Below are positions 26,501 to 38,994 of a DNA stretch of 64,000 bases, piece after piece. Each line of letters starts with the position of its first letter. The first letter of the stretch is position 1. The notes under the pieces are model-generated. The model was given only the letters and a program-made list of their open reading frames with translations. It made no database searches and was not told where the DNA came from. A program made the translations under genes and the position numbers. Source of the DNA: Haplodiscus bocki (Eukaryota); assembly GCA_965655095.1 (NCBI GenBank), contig OZ296651.1:40858001-40922000 (forward strand), written 5' to 3'.

Positions 26501-29500
26501 TTTTAACTAAACCATTGTTTTCAAGAAAACTTGAGTATTAGGTGTTGTTTCTACAGACATCAGACATAATTGATACTTGAGAGAAAAATTGGTTAAATAC
26601 CGCATTTAAACCAATTGTAGCCGCCGCTTATAGCATTTAATGGGGCTCAATTTCGCGTTCCAGTTCGAATGCTGATTCAGTTCATATGCGGCAAGTTAAG
26701 AACCTGAGGTTGCTAAACAGACTGCCTCAGGGAAACTATCTCTAGTTGAATTACTCCGCTTTGACTACGTCTAGATTATAAGTTTCCGCCATATTTCTAA
26801 TATGGAAGGAAAGTCTCCCACTCAACGCGAACGTTTTTCTACGTTTACTTGTCAATTAAGAATGTCCGAATGTACGACGGTTCTGATTTTGAAAAATTTC
26901 TATCACCAATTTTTTGTAGCGAATTTGCCGTAAAATGCGACTGAAATAAAAAGATTTCACAAATACTTACGAAATTTGGGTTCTTTTGAAAAAAACTTGA
27001 TTTTTATCTAAATCGGTCAAGGTGGCAAGTTTGAAGTAGAATGCGTATCAAAAGATGAAATTTCTTAAAAATGGTTCCACCTTTAATGTGCGGTTTTTTA
27101 GCAAAAAAAACTTTTAATTGAAAAAACAAACGCTTTCATCCTTTAAGAAGGCATCTTTAACAAAATTGATGGGCGAAAAATATCGGTGGTATCGGGCCGT
27201 CTTGTTATTAGTTACCTTAAATGCTATTTCATGTTTTGATTCTTGTATTTTTATGCAAGCATTGCGGGGCAGAAATTTTTGTCTGAATATAATTTTTGGT
27301 TGCGGCCTCTCATTTCCCAGAAAAGCGAAATTGTCGAAAATATCATCTTGGTTTTTGTTCAAAATTCGCAAATTCAACTGGGTCGCGCAGAAATTGAAAG
27401 CATAAAAGGAAAACAAAACTATCTCACCTGTTTTGTTGCTCCATATCTCTCGAAATGGAAGAAAATGACTCAGCTAAGGAAGACAATTCACAATCTTCGT
27501 CTCCAGTTGTGAAGGACAAGTTATCCTCACTTCTCAGAGAAAGACTTTTCATTGCATTGCGAACATCATCACTATTCATAGTTCCAGCTCTGCTAGCTTC
27601 TCGTTTCTCAACTGCAGCACTGCTTTCTATTTCGAAATCACTCGCGAAAAATTTCTTTGGCTCCGGAGCTGCAGAATTTGCTGTTGTTTCTGGCCGGTTT
27701 TCAATCTGATCATCTTCGGAATACGGCAACCGGATGGGTCTGATAAATGATGCCCGAACTGGTTTTTTGGGCGGAACCGTTTTAGGGTACTTCAATTCAG
27801 ATTGAGGGGCACCAACTTGAATGCGAACAGGAGTATGCATTTCGCTAGAGCTAACGTTCGTAGAACCATTCAGGCTTGTCTCTAAGGAGTGGAAGTTTGA
27901 TGTTTCAAACCCACTTAGTCTTTGGACCCTATGCGGCGTCGTAATCGGTGTTGACGGTGTCTGTGAGGGTGAAGGAAAGTAAGGGTCTCGAATTTTTGTG
28001 GTCTTAGTACAACTTTTGGACAACCCACAAAAGGCAAAATTGGACAATCTTGTTTTTCGTATAATTTTTGTAGGAGTTTTGATTGAAGATTTCGGGGTTT
28101 TTAATTGTTGCGAGTCACTCTCGCCTCTTTCTGTGATGTCTGAGGACGAATTAAGCATTTTCTTAGCACTAAAAGTGCAGGTGACTGAAGATCTGAAAGT
28201 TTTCGGTTGCAATGAATCTTCAGTTTCAGTTGTCAAAAGCTTTGTTGGCCTCGAAACGTTGCTCTGATTGGCTGAAAAGTCAACAGCTCTCTGATAGGCG
28301 GCAACTTCCATCGCTTTCCGACTGCCTGGAATTCCTGTTATTCTCTCATTGGCTGGTAGGTCAGATAAACTGTGATTGGTTGGAAATGTATTCGGGGTCG
28401 ATTGGTATGTGTCATAATTAGAAGATGACGTCATTGTTTCTGCTCCTGAATCGGTTGAGGAGTAATAGCGTTTCTGCTGCATCGAAGAGCCAGAGTTAAT
28501 AGCACGTGAGTTTGACCCGTTACCCATAATCATGTTTGGTATGTGAGAATTTGATGCCGTAGTGACTATTGTTACCGGTGACATTCTTCAAATAGATGAA
28601 TCATAAACCCGGAACTTTTGATTTTATAAAATAGCATTTATTGTAAAGCAAGACATCAGAGCAAGTGAATGCCTTCTTTCGCGTTACAAAAAAAATAAGC
28701 AGACACTTTGAAGTTGAACGCAAAACTTCGATCCTATAATTTGAAAGTTCAACGTTTCAGAGAAAATCCAGAGCCAAAGAAAGGCCTCAGTAAAGTTTCC
28801 AATTTTTTTGTTAATTTGTACATACAAAAAAACTGCGAGTGAATTTATACATTTCTGCTTTAAAATTGTGAAATCTGAAAAATTCTTCGACGCTTACTTA
28901 TGCTGTTATGTCTGTTTTGGAGCTGAAAATTTGTTATCGCTCCGATTTTCATGGTTCACCTATTAGACGGTTTGACAAAAAGAGGGTTCGACAAAGCGAG
29001 GTTGTCTGAACTAGTTTCGATGTCGGACGTCGTTGAGGCTTCCAAGAATTGTGACCGGGGACTTGAGAGAATGCTGTCTGTTTGGAGACTGAAGGGACTC
29101 ACACAAGGCCTTTTAGCACCGCTGAATAAAGCTGACTTGGCGGCAGGGCAAGCTATTCTCAGACCACAACTTGCTCTTTTAGATTCCCAGTCAAACGCTT
29201 CGGGTTTATCTTGTCTCAACCTGAAGAAAAAAATTCAAAACTAGGCAAGACAGAATTCCAATAATATATATCACCATCAATACATTACCTGATTTGCTAA
29301 ATGAAATTCCGCAAAACCACTTGGAATTTTCAAAAATCAGCTAAAAACGGATTCCTACTTTATACAATACTGAGCGATTCAGAAAATCAGTACGTTTTAA
29401 ACTTGAACAACTCGAAGTTGCTGCAACGAGGGGTACGTATCTCTTTCAAGTCATTATACATCGTTTGTCGATCATCAAACTTGACATCTACAGTTGAACT

Positions 29501-30113
29501 ATTTAGGCTCAGTTATAGAAGTTGTCCAGACTTATCCTACCAAAAGATGCCATTCTCACTCCCAAATTAAGATGAAAATTTGTAAATGTGTCCCATTTAG
29601 GATCACTTAGCATAAATTCAAAATTCGATAATCTGCCAACAAAGAAAAGCTAACTCTCAGCTATATGGGTCATCACAAATTTAGAGCCTCGTTAAAAAGA
29701 CGATAATATTGGGTACTTAATCAGCAGAAAAGAAGCAATGACCTTAATTTAGTTTCCCTTCTCGATCGGGTCGGTTCTGTTTCGCAGTCACTTCTGGGCG
29801 AATATAGAATCTGGCGCTGTCTCAATGAAAAACTTTCCACTCTGGATGGATTTCCACTTTTGCTACTCGATCGTAATCTTGTATTGCTGGGCCCTGTTTC
29901 TCTCTGACTATGATACTCCTGAATATTCTTTTCGAATTTGGCCACTAACTCTGAAGTTCTGGGCAAATTTCGGCAGTCTATGGACGTCCCTCTAGGGGCA
30001 AAATATCTGGGAGTTGATACAACTATTCCTGAGTCTGCAGAACTCAAATCATTTGTGCCAAACGAGTCGTTGAACCCGGAAGGAGGTGTCGAGGAGTATA
30101 AAGGGAGGTCCAT
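23537..30113 (-). CDS. Ser/Thr/Pro-rich, largely low-complexity protein of about 759 aa with a short C-terminal amphipathic helix; exons 30113-29743, 29220-28960, 28585-27428, 24483-24096, 23638-23537
   Basis: Five open exons joined by GT-AG introns with matching phases (2,2,2,0); 2280 nt including the stop. An acceptor at 30136-30138 and a donor at ~30889 suggest an upstream exon, so the start is uncertain. Product not identified. Confidence 0.8.
24600..26520. mobile_element. ~1.9-kb non-autonomous repeat (possibly Helentron/DINE-like) in an intron
   Basis: Begins TAACAAGACGGCCGACTAGCACCGG, approximately the reverse complement of the end of the 26783-27208 repeat. Has internal subrepeats (TGTTTCTGAAAGTTTCTGGTA twice, ~25621 and ~25731) and two tRNA-like units. 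Right boundary and class are inferred. Confidence 0.45.
26132..26305 (-). repeat. Two tandem tRNA-derived (SINE-head-like) pseudogene units
   Basis: Minus strand: A-box TGGCACGGTGG with B-box GTTCGAATCCC (26190-26132); second unit with GGTTCGAATCTC (~26305-26242). No complete cloverleaf. Confidence 0.6.
26783..27208. repeat. Interspersed ~430-bp repeat, copy 2
   Basis: Collinear with 16509-16967; ends GGCCGTCTTGTT. Confidence 0.8.
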
Positions 30114-31699
30114 GAGTTCGAATCTCGCCAGGGCGCTGAAACATTTTCATTTCTCTCATGCTCTAATTTACAATAATCTATTTACATTGAATTAGTAATA
30201 TATGTCAATAACTCCTGAAAATATATTTGAAGAAGTGAAGTTTCGTCAACGAGCGTGCAACGATGAATGAACGATGCAACTGATCGGAGAGTCCAGCGTC
30301 GAAAACCAAAGCACTTTGTATGATAATTAATACAGATGAAAATGATTGTAACAAAAACGAACATATTTCACAGCAGACAAAAGTATGAACTAAACTTAGC
30401 CAAACAAAATTTAAATAAACTAAATATCTTGGACAATCTTAGAGAAGCCATTCTGGTAGATCAACAGAGTGTCATCAGTCAAATTTAGGTTATTGATCTC
30501 GAAACCACGTAATGCTCCCAACAGTGTGACAGGCTATTCGTTAATTTTTCAACAAGCTCTAAAAAAGTGTAGCACAAAAGTGTTCGAAGACTTTAGGCTT
30601 ATTATTTTATAAATTAAAATATGTACAGAGGTTTATAATAGTTCTCATATTGTCCAAAAAAACATTCATTTTCTCAAAAACACGTAATTATTACGAAATA
30701 TCAAGATCAAAACTTCATTCCAAAAAAAGCTTCATTAAACACTGCAAGCTTCTTTTATCAATAACTTCAGTCAACAATCAATGATATATGAAAAATCAAC
30801 GTCAAACGGGAAGAAATTGAAAACAGCCATGCGATTTAAACTTAAGCAAACTCAATTTTTTTGCGAAATAAAATTAAAACGTATCTTACGTATTTCTTCC
30901 GTTTTCAGGTAACACCAATCAAGTTGCCAATGGAAAATAATTCCTCCTTGACTAGCTTTTAGTCCCAAGTAAAATTCGCATAAAATACAGACAACCTGTT
31001 CAGTGCACTTTGGCGCTTGAACTCAAAATGGCAAGTAACCATATGGACGGTTGGAAATTTTGACATTTTCCGGCGAGATAACATTTGATAGCTAAAACTG
31101 AGTTACAAAGAATTACACGCTGAGAGAATTCGGCCACCCCAGAATACTTGAAGCACATAATATATGAATCTAAATTGGGTAGTCTTTTATTAAGAACTAA
31201 TTCTCGTGGTCAGCGCTGTTTTGATGTGTCGAAAAATGCATGTTCCTTGTATTTAGACATACTGGTGATAGTGATTGCGGCATTCATATGTTGCTATCTC
31301 CCGAGGATTATTCTTGGAGCGAATTCAGTTTTCAGTCGTGGTTTTCTTTGGGTCTAATAGAAAAGAATAGAAGCTTTAAATGCATTTTGATCGATAAATG
31401 AGCCAAAATAAATATCAAAGCGAAGCATTTTCATTGAAGACATGCGCGCGCGTGCTGATTTACCTGCTACTAATTGCAATAGGAGGGGGTAGTAAACTAT
31501 TGCAACATTTTGGGAGAATTGTCGCAATACTAGTAGTCTTGAGGTTGAACAGGAAATGCCAGCATTTCACTATTCAACGTGGTGTCGACTAAACTAGTTA
31601 GTGCTTTGAGTTAATGGTCAGTCCACCGAGGCTTTGAAAAAGATAATAATAAGAAATTATCTATTTTGATTCATGGCACAAACGATAGATTTTATAGAG

Positions 31700-33770
31700 A
31701 TAAAGATATTTATGAAAATAAAAATATACAAAACACAGGGCTTTTATAAATCGAGCACAATCTATTGCGTAATGTATATCTCGTTTCGGATGCTTTACAG
31801 GTTGCGCAATAAATATTAAAACGAAGAGACTACGAAAAGCTAATTGTAGCGCAAATATTCAATCGAAGAAGTTTGATTTTAATTTTTGTGTAATTCGAGT
31901 GCTTCCCAGGGTCCCCCTTTGCGCTTCTATCGCTTCAGCTTGAACTTGAGAAAATCAAAAACGGGAGTTCTCTTAAACGTGCAATGGAAAAAATATCGCA
32001 TATTCAACATTTAATGAAAATAACAAGAACAAGTGACTCCTTGAAATGAGCATTGAGCAAAACAGATTGCATATAGCTGCAACTCTGGCATTTCGTCACA
32101 AAAGCAGCAGTAGTATTCGCGATATTAATCAATGGCCTCGGCAAAAAAGGTCAACGTCATAGCTTGTGCCACTGATAATAACAAAAATAATGTTGAATCG
32201 AACGACAATCTAACTGTATTCACAAAGTATCAAAAACCACGTAATTCATCCGTTAGAATCAGAAAACTAATAAAATCTTACCAGAAAGCAACTGAAGACG
32301 CACCGAACCCTCTCAACAGCCTCAATCCAAAAACTATTGTTTTCTTGGTCTGGTGCTTATGACCGTTTGAAATTCCATTTGAGTTGCCAATAACATTCAT
32401 GAGATAGAAGTAGTTCATTTTTTCAGTCAATTCCTCTGAACGTGTCACAAGGCGATCCCAAAAATTCCTTTGAAAAGTTAACATGTTAAATTAAAACACT
32501 GATTTATCAGGCACCGAGTTGTCCTGCTACAGAAAAGGTTTGCCAAAATTAATCTTTCGCATGAATTCTTTGCTGAAATGGCAAAAAATCAAATTACCGA
32601 CCAATTTGTAAAACAATAAGAACATTTGAATGATTTATGACTTAATGGGTAATGTTTTTCAATAGCTATGACTGATATTCGCTGTCAAACTGCGTTCTAG
32701 TTAATTTCTTGCAGAAGACAGCATTGTCTTCATTCTCACAAAAAAAGTGGTTCGGCCTATTCAAGTCTTTCGATGAGAATCCATCTGAAGGATTGCTTCG
32801 TTTGTCACCTAATGTATCTCGAAGTCATATCTCGAGAAAAAAGCTTAACTTGGCAACAAACGAGGACGTTAGGCAAAAAAGATTGCGTTCCCTTTTTTCA
32901 ATAGTTCGGTTTTATTCTGAGGCAAATTCACAAACTGCAAGAGAAACAAACAGAAGAAAACCTCATTTTCTGAAACATTCATCTAGTTCAACATTCACGT
33001 GATGCAATTTCAGTGTCGCTTGCTTACTTTGTTCCCCTGTCATAATTAAAACTTTTGACTTCACGTTAAGTTCCATATTGAACTCCTAGCCTTTGTGTTT
33101 CACGACATTCAGTTAAATTTTAAATATTCTTCTGTCGTGGCTTCAGCATTCCGATGCTATTCACTCCGTTGGCTGGCACGCAACTTCCATACTTCACGCT
33201 CCTCGTAATAGTTTAAGAGCTGATACAGAAAAAGTCCGGAGATATAACATCACTTATTTGACACCGATTTTGATGTAAACTCTGTGAAAAGTGTTGTGCA
33301 AAAAACCTATTGCATCGCTTTGATTGATTTAAAAATCTTGTTCCAATCTTAAGTCCTTATCACTCAGATCCAGCTCACACAAGATCTTACAAAACGTTCT
33401 GATAGGATTTTGACGAACTTAAAAACACGGTACTTTATGGTGTCACGACAGTCTAGAAGTTAGGACAAAATGTTTTTAAGCCACACATGCGGTTTGGGAC
33501 TGAGTAGGTCCTATTTTTAGTCAGCGCTTTACTTCTACGGTTACTGTAAGAGGTCAACTAATGTAGTCAATTTTTTTTTCGTTAGATGACAGAGCTCACA
33601 GCGAACTGATTCAATTTTAACAGAGTTGGTCAAATTGACGATCTTGATGATCCGAATTGTACCATTGCTTCCAAATATCAAAAAATGAAGTTCGCAATAA
33701 CCCCTACCCCTTTCCATGTACTGGAAAATATTATTTCCTGTTGCCCAGTGGAAGTGACAAAAAGTTTCTC
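31700..33770 (-). mobile_element. Decayed C-terminal part (exonuclease + polymerase) of a Polinton/Maverick-type pPolB gene
   Basis: Minus-strand remnants in the expected order: ExoI-like FFD/LEA (~33690-33665, frameshifted), motif-B-like EKMNYFYLMN (ORF 32278..32484), then FISFLILTDEL and FDF (~31960). Very degenerate. Confidence 0.45.
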
Positions 33771-34259
33771 TGATATCGTACCCCGTCTATTCGTTGTTTA
33801 GTGTTTCCTTTAAGCCTGAGCGGGCATTTAGTATTACAAAGTTTTTCAGGTAGAAGGTGTTCTACTTTGGATGCGGAGTTCCGCGGTTAGACTTGCTACA
33901 AGTGATCTCGTCTTCAACTCTTGAAGCTATTGAAGAATTGGTCAGTTTTCAGATTTATTATGTCAACCTTACTCTGCTAGGTCGCAGCTTGTGTATCAAA
34001 AATTTTTTGTTCTCCGGTTAATGATAAGAGACAATATTAATCTTTGGGTATTTCCATCATTTGACATATTTATCTAAATTGAGCGCCTTTCTGACTCTAA
34101 GATAAGTTCTGATGTTTAAAGTTCAGTGGAAGAATGAGGCGTCATTCAATGATTGAACGATGGTTAAGTAATTAAGGGATGAAGAGTTCTGAGTTTAAAT
34201 GGGCGTTCTTCTCAAATGAACTTAGCTTTAGCATTCCTATCGTAACATGGAATGTTACA
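33771..34259 (-). repeat. 3' LTR (489 bp)
   Basis: Direct repeat of 49065-49551 with about 22 differences counted by eye; minus strand TGTAACA...GATATCA; adjacent to the PPT. Confidence 0.95.
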
Positions 34260-34270
34260 CTACCCTCCTT
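34260..34270 (-). other. Polypurine tract
   Basis: AAGGAGGGTAG on the minus strand immediately before the 3' LTR. Confidence 0.85.
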
Positions 34271-34924
34271 GCTGTCACTTCGCCGCTGGTTACATTATGA
34301 AGAAGGCGAGGAAGGAGTCATCTGCATGGGAAGAAACCAACCCAAAATTGCATTAGTATATTTCCACATTCCAGAGCCGAAAAGGTGTCCTCTATTACAG
34401 TAAACTGTTTCCAAAATGTTACATCCAATAAAGTCGAATCTCAACCAATGTATGAAGTGATGAAAATTCATTATTCGGAGAAGAAAAAGTTGCATTCAAC
34501 GTAGCATCCAGAAAAGTGGAAGTGTCGTATTAAAATGATGAGAAGCCAGAGAAGTCTTTCAGAATAAATGTTATAAAAGTTGCCAGCACACAGTCGTCCA
34601 ATCCCAGAGAGTTTTTGTTTATATTGATAAATTTATGTGCACCACAGTTGAATTGAATAAAAATGATGTCAGTTACAGATAAGATGAAATCATTAAAAAT
34701 GATCCGCTCGAAACTTAAGAGCAATGGTCCCTTTTCCAGGGTTTGGAAAGACTTTCAGTATACAACATTTATTCGTCTCGAATGTCACCATGTGATTTGT
34801 AGTGTTCAGGCACATCAGCTGCCCGATAGTTGATAGACATATTCGCTTGGTGAGGAGCAGAAGCATGCGACATCGTGCGTTTAATTGTTTCAGGTGCTGC
34901 ATCAGTTGCGATTTTATTAAGAGT

Positions 34925-37092
34925 TTATTGGGAAAGAGATATGTTTCGGGCCAACTGAGAGTAATCATGTGGCGCATTGTCTACAACGGCTAGTTGAGTT
35001 GCGTTTGTCTGTGCCAGTTCAACAGCTGTGCGTTGTTTTTTCTGACAGAATAAGCCGCACCAAAGAGTTGCATTGTTGCGGTGCTTGTATCTATGATAAA
35101 TCCAAACAGCGATCACATGAAGTAACATTGATCCAGCAAATGATAACAAGCTCATCACGAGAGTGTTGAGTAGAGAGATGTGAATCAAATTCTTTCGAAA
35201 GAGATGGACGCAATTGCGTCATTTTGTCGTAATCGGGCGGCAATATCAAAGAATTTTTTCCGGTCGCGCATTTTAGGACTGTCAAGTAGTGTTTCTCGAA
35301 CTTCTCTCAGCATTGCCACTCCTGCTACTGCTTTAGTCGAATAATAAGGCATGTCGTCAATTTCAGGACGTTCACTCCACAATTCCAGTAGTGGGTCAGG
35401 AAATTTAACATTAACTTTAATCGCTGGCATTTCTTCACAAGTGCTGAGGTCTGACATAACCTTTATATGGTCTCCTCACAATTGTTTACCACATTTCAAT
35501 GTAATTATGCAGAATCGGCATCCCGGATATTTCACTATACCCGACGATGTAGTTGACTCTGTCTGATTCGAATAAAGTGTAAGCAGTAGTAGCAGACGTT
35601 ATAAGCCAAACTCCGTATCCTAAGTTTTCTGCTTTTTCAGTCGCCGGTAGTACTATCTGCACTGTTTCCAAACTTGTATTGCTGCCACGCTATTTTTGAA
35701 GTAGAGTGTTGCCAAGCAGGAATCATGGCCTGTTTCTGTAGCAATCATGTCTGGGCATATTTGATAACGGGACGATCCAATGCATCTGTTAAGAACATAA
35801 TCAGTCAAGAATGCAGTTTCTCTATTTTTTTTCTGATATCGCTAAGTAAGGCGCTTCTAATTTCCATTTAATCGCTACGTCTGGTTCTTCTTGAGGCATC
35901 GGTACTGTAATTGCGCGGAAAACCGCGAACGCTGAATCTTCCGTTGCTAGTGGAATTGCAATGCGCATTATGAGTCCATGTGCAACCACTACAACATCTC
36001 TCAGTAATTGTGACTCGTAAGAAGCAATGATTTCATCAATCGGTATTGCTAATGAGAGTCGGTCCGATTTTCTCCATATTTCCGATGCAACGTCGTGTAA
36101 GATAGCCAGAAGTGCTTTTCTCGGAACAAGTGACATGGGCAAATAGTTATTCAGGAGTGGTTGTATGGAATTCATCATACTGATTTTGTACGTATAAAGA
36201 GCGCCTCTATAACTTTTGATATTTGCGAATGTTAATGCCACGAGCGATGAAATTGTGTCAAAATTGAAGTTTATTTGCTATCGTGAGATTAAAAGATGAT
36301 CACAGTCGCGTAATACATGAATATTATGTTGAAATACTTCAGAATGTTCAGCAATATTTCTCCAGTTACGATTTTGGACTTCAAGCATTTCCTTTTGAAC
36401 GGATTTTAATGCTTCTAGTTCCGTGGTAACCATGAAGAATTTGTCATTAACTTCGTTTCTCAATTTGAAAACGTCTTGCGTTAAGCTTTCGGTAAATGCT
36501 GCCAGTTTCTGGATATTCGCTGCATGTTGTTTGGACCTCTCATGGCATGATCCAAAAATACCTCGTAATCCACAGTTACCGACTCCTAAAGATATTCTGG
36601 ATCCAGAAAGTCCGACTGATACAAGCGCCATCATTGCAAGTGGCGCTGCCCTCGGCTTCCGATTTCGAGCGTGAGCGGCTTCATCTTCTGTATTCAAGAA
36701 TGAGGAAGTGTATACGCGAAGAGCTTCTAGCTCTTTCTCTGCAAGCGTAACTTCGTTCTCAACTTGATGTACTAACCAATCGATATCAAACGTAGAATCA
36801 TTTCGTTGAAAGTTGGTAGAATAATCGAGATGACATTGCCAGCTCGAAGCGTCCCATAGAGGTACAAGTTTGTTAAGGTAGAAGCTTAATTCGGCACTCA
36901 CGTTGATTTCAAATTCTGGAAAAGGGACCAGAAAGTCAACGTTGATGAAATTTTTAGCCAGTAAAACTTTCGTAACATGGTTAATGATAATGCCGTTTGA
37001 AAGTACTGCACCTTGAGCTTGGTCTGGAATGATATCCGAGGTCCACTTTACTTGGTCGGTGAGAATTGTTGCAATGCACGTCGTCGATAGCA
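34925..37092 (-). pseudogene. env: env-like class I fusion glycoprotein (errantivirus Env / baculovirus F-like), disrupted
   Basis: ORFs 36278..37093, 35822..36241, 35486..35671, 35185..35457 and 34925..35188. RNRKPR cleavage site then hydrophobic AAPLAMMALVSVGL, heptad region, Cys-rich ectodomain, TM LVMSLLSFAGSMLLHVIAVWIY followed by basic HRYKHR. Confidence 0.8.
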
Positions 37093-37816
37093 CTGAAAAT
37101 GAAAAAGGTTTCGAAATGTCCGATACAAAAAAATGCTATGGAGAATGAAATTGCATTGAGAATCTTGTGGATCTAGCATCTTTTTGTTTCGTTTTTCGGT
37201 TGTTGTTTGTTTTTTCCTACTTTGAGATACGTTGTGATTTTTGGCGTTGTATTTGTATATTGTTCTGGTTGCCGCTCCAAAAAATCAGCATTTTCACGTG
37301 TTCCGAGGTTTTCAGAACAATCGCAAAATGTGTTTCCAAAAAGTTATTGGTGACCTCATCTTGACCTGTTGTGACGATAAAACCTGTGTGAATGGCCACT
37401 GTAGTTCGCACGTGTTGTCAGTGTGTACGCCTGGGGATACTATGACAGTGGAGTGGAGAGTCACAAAGAACCGGACTATTCCTGGATCATGTTGGCTCTA
37501 CTTTTCAATTTAGTGGCACTGTACGTGTTTATGAGACGTCAGTTTTAGAACTGAAACAGGGAGACATTTGCCGTGAACTCAACACGAGAATCAACATGAA
37601 AAACATAATATGCAGTTTGTGTAGTTACTAGAGTTGGTTAAGAACTGCAGCGGAGAATTCAAGTTAAGGTAGTTTTTTTGTTTTCTTGAGCTTGAGACAT
37701 ACTTGAAAACCGTTGAAAATTCGCAATCCAAATGTTTACCGCTTTTCAGAGTAATATTCAGAGTAATTTTTGATCAACCACCCTAAATTTGTCACATCAT
37801 CACTGGTTAGCTGCAA

Positions 37817-38994
37817 TTGTCTTTTTTGTTTAAACGAGCTTGGATGATGAAAACGCGATGTGATGAAGCATATTTTAATATCAATTGGGAAGACATTTTT
37901 AATGAAGAAAAATTGATTGCATTGGGCTGGAAGGCGGTGCCAGCTATTGATGAAGCCAATTGTGCGACTTGGGACGACATTGCTAAGGAAATGAAATCTT
38001 GCGGCCTAAGTTTATTAACGGACAGAGATTGGGCAAAAGAGCCAGCTGTCATCAGGAATCAATCTTTACTCACCATGCATGCTGGGTTTGTTGAAAATGT
38101 ATCGAGTGTATCAACTGGACTAAGATTGATATTAAATATTCTGAAATTTTGGAAATTACGTTGCCAAGATAGAGTGTACGGGCCTATATCTAGTTTCGAT
38201 ACGAAATTTAATAACAATTCTTCCGCATGGTCTTTTAATTTGGACGGATTAGTGGAATATAAGATGCCGAATGCCCTCAAGTTGACGAAATTAGACGGTA
38301 TTGTCTCTTTTGGCCCTTGGTATACTGATGGTCAAATTAAAACAGGCGGTGATGAAAGCATCACTTATGTGCCGATCGGAAAAAAAGTTAATGTTGATTG
38401 CGAAGCGAGGAAAGCCTGCACGTCGATCAGAGGCTTTTTCACTTCGGCGAAAACTCTTATCGATTGTTTAACCGAGCCGCCCTCAAAGTTAATGCAACGA
38501 ACTGTTAAGTTCTGCCTCATCGATGCAACTTCATCAAAGATACAATCTGCCTTATGGGCTCATACCGTCATTACTTTCAACAAAGGGCTTGCTCCAGTTG
38601 TGGGGTTTGAAGGAAAAAACAATAAAGATCATGAAAGACGCCAGCAAGTTCTATCGTATTATTCCTCTGGGGTGGACCAAAATAAAAGGAAAGTATGATT
38701 GGATGTCGCCTCTGACAAAGCTGTATTCAAGAAAGTGAAAAATAGTACTCGTCGGACTACTGCTCTCCAAGAGCATTTGGAATGTTTACAGTACGACAGA
38801 AACACAAAAAGGTCCGAAAGGTTCAGAATGGTGTGCGAGTTCCTATACGATGGCAAAAAATGTCGATAAGACGGTTCCAGCAAAAATTACGTCTGAAGAT
38901 GGAACAAAAAGCAGGTAATGAGAACAATTTTTTTGTTTGTTTGACCACTAAATGTGTCAGAAGACCTCAAGATGAAAGACTGATGCGAAAGTAA
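37817..38994 (+). pseudogene. JmjC-like Fe(II)/2-oxoglutarate dioxygenase, antisense within the retroelement, lightly disrupted
   Basis: WYTDGQIKTGGDESITYVPIGKK and IQSALWAHTVITF..APVVG parallel the JmjC motifs YTDFHIDFGG.SVW..V..G.K and FIPSGWIHAV.T...SLVFG. An alternate frame after the A7 run at 38380 gives GKKLMLIA. The reading frame continues past the TGA at 38696 towards a basic tail. Confidence 0.7.
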
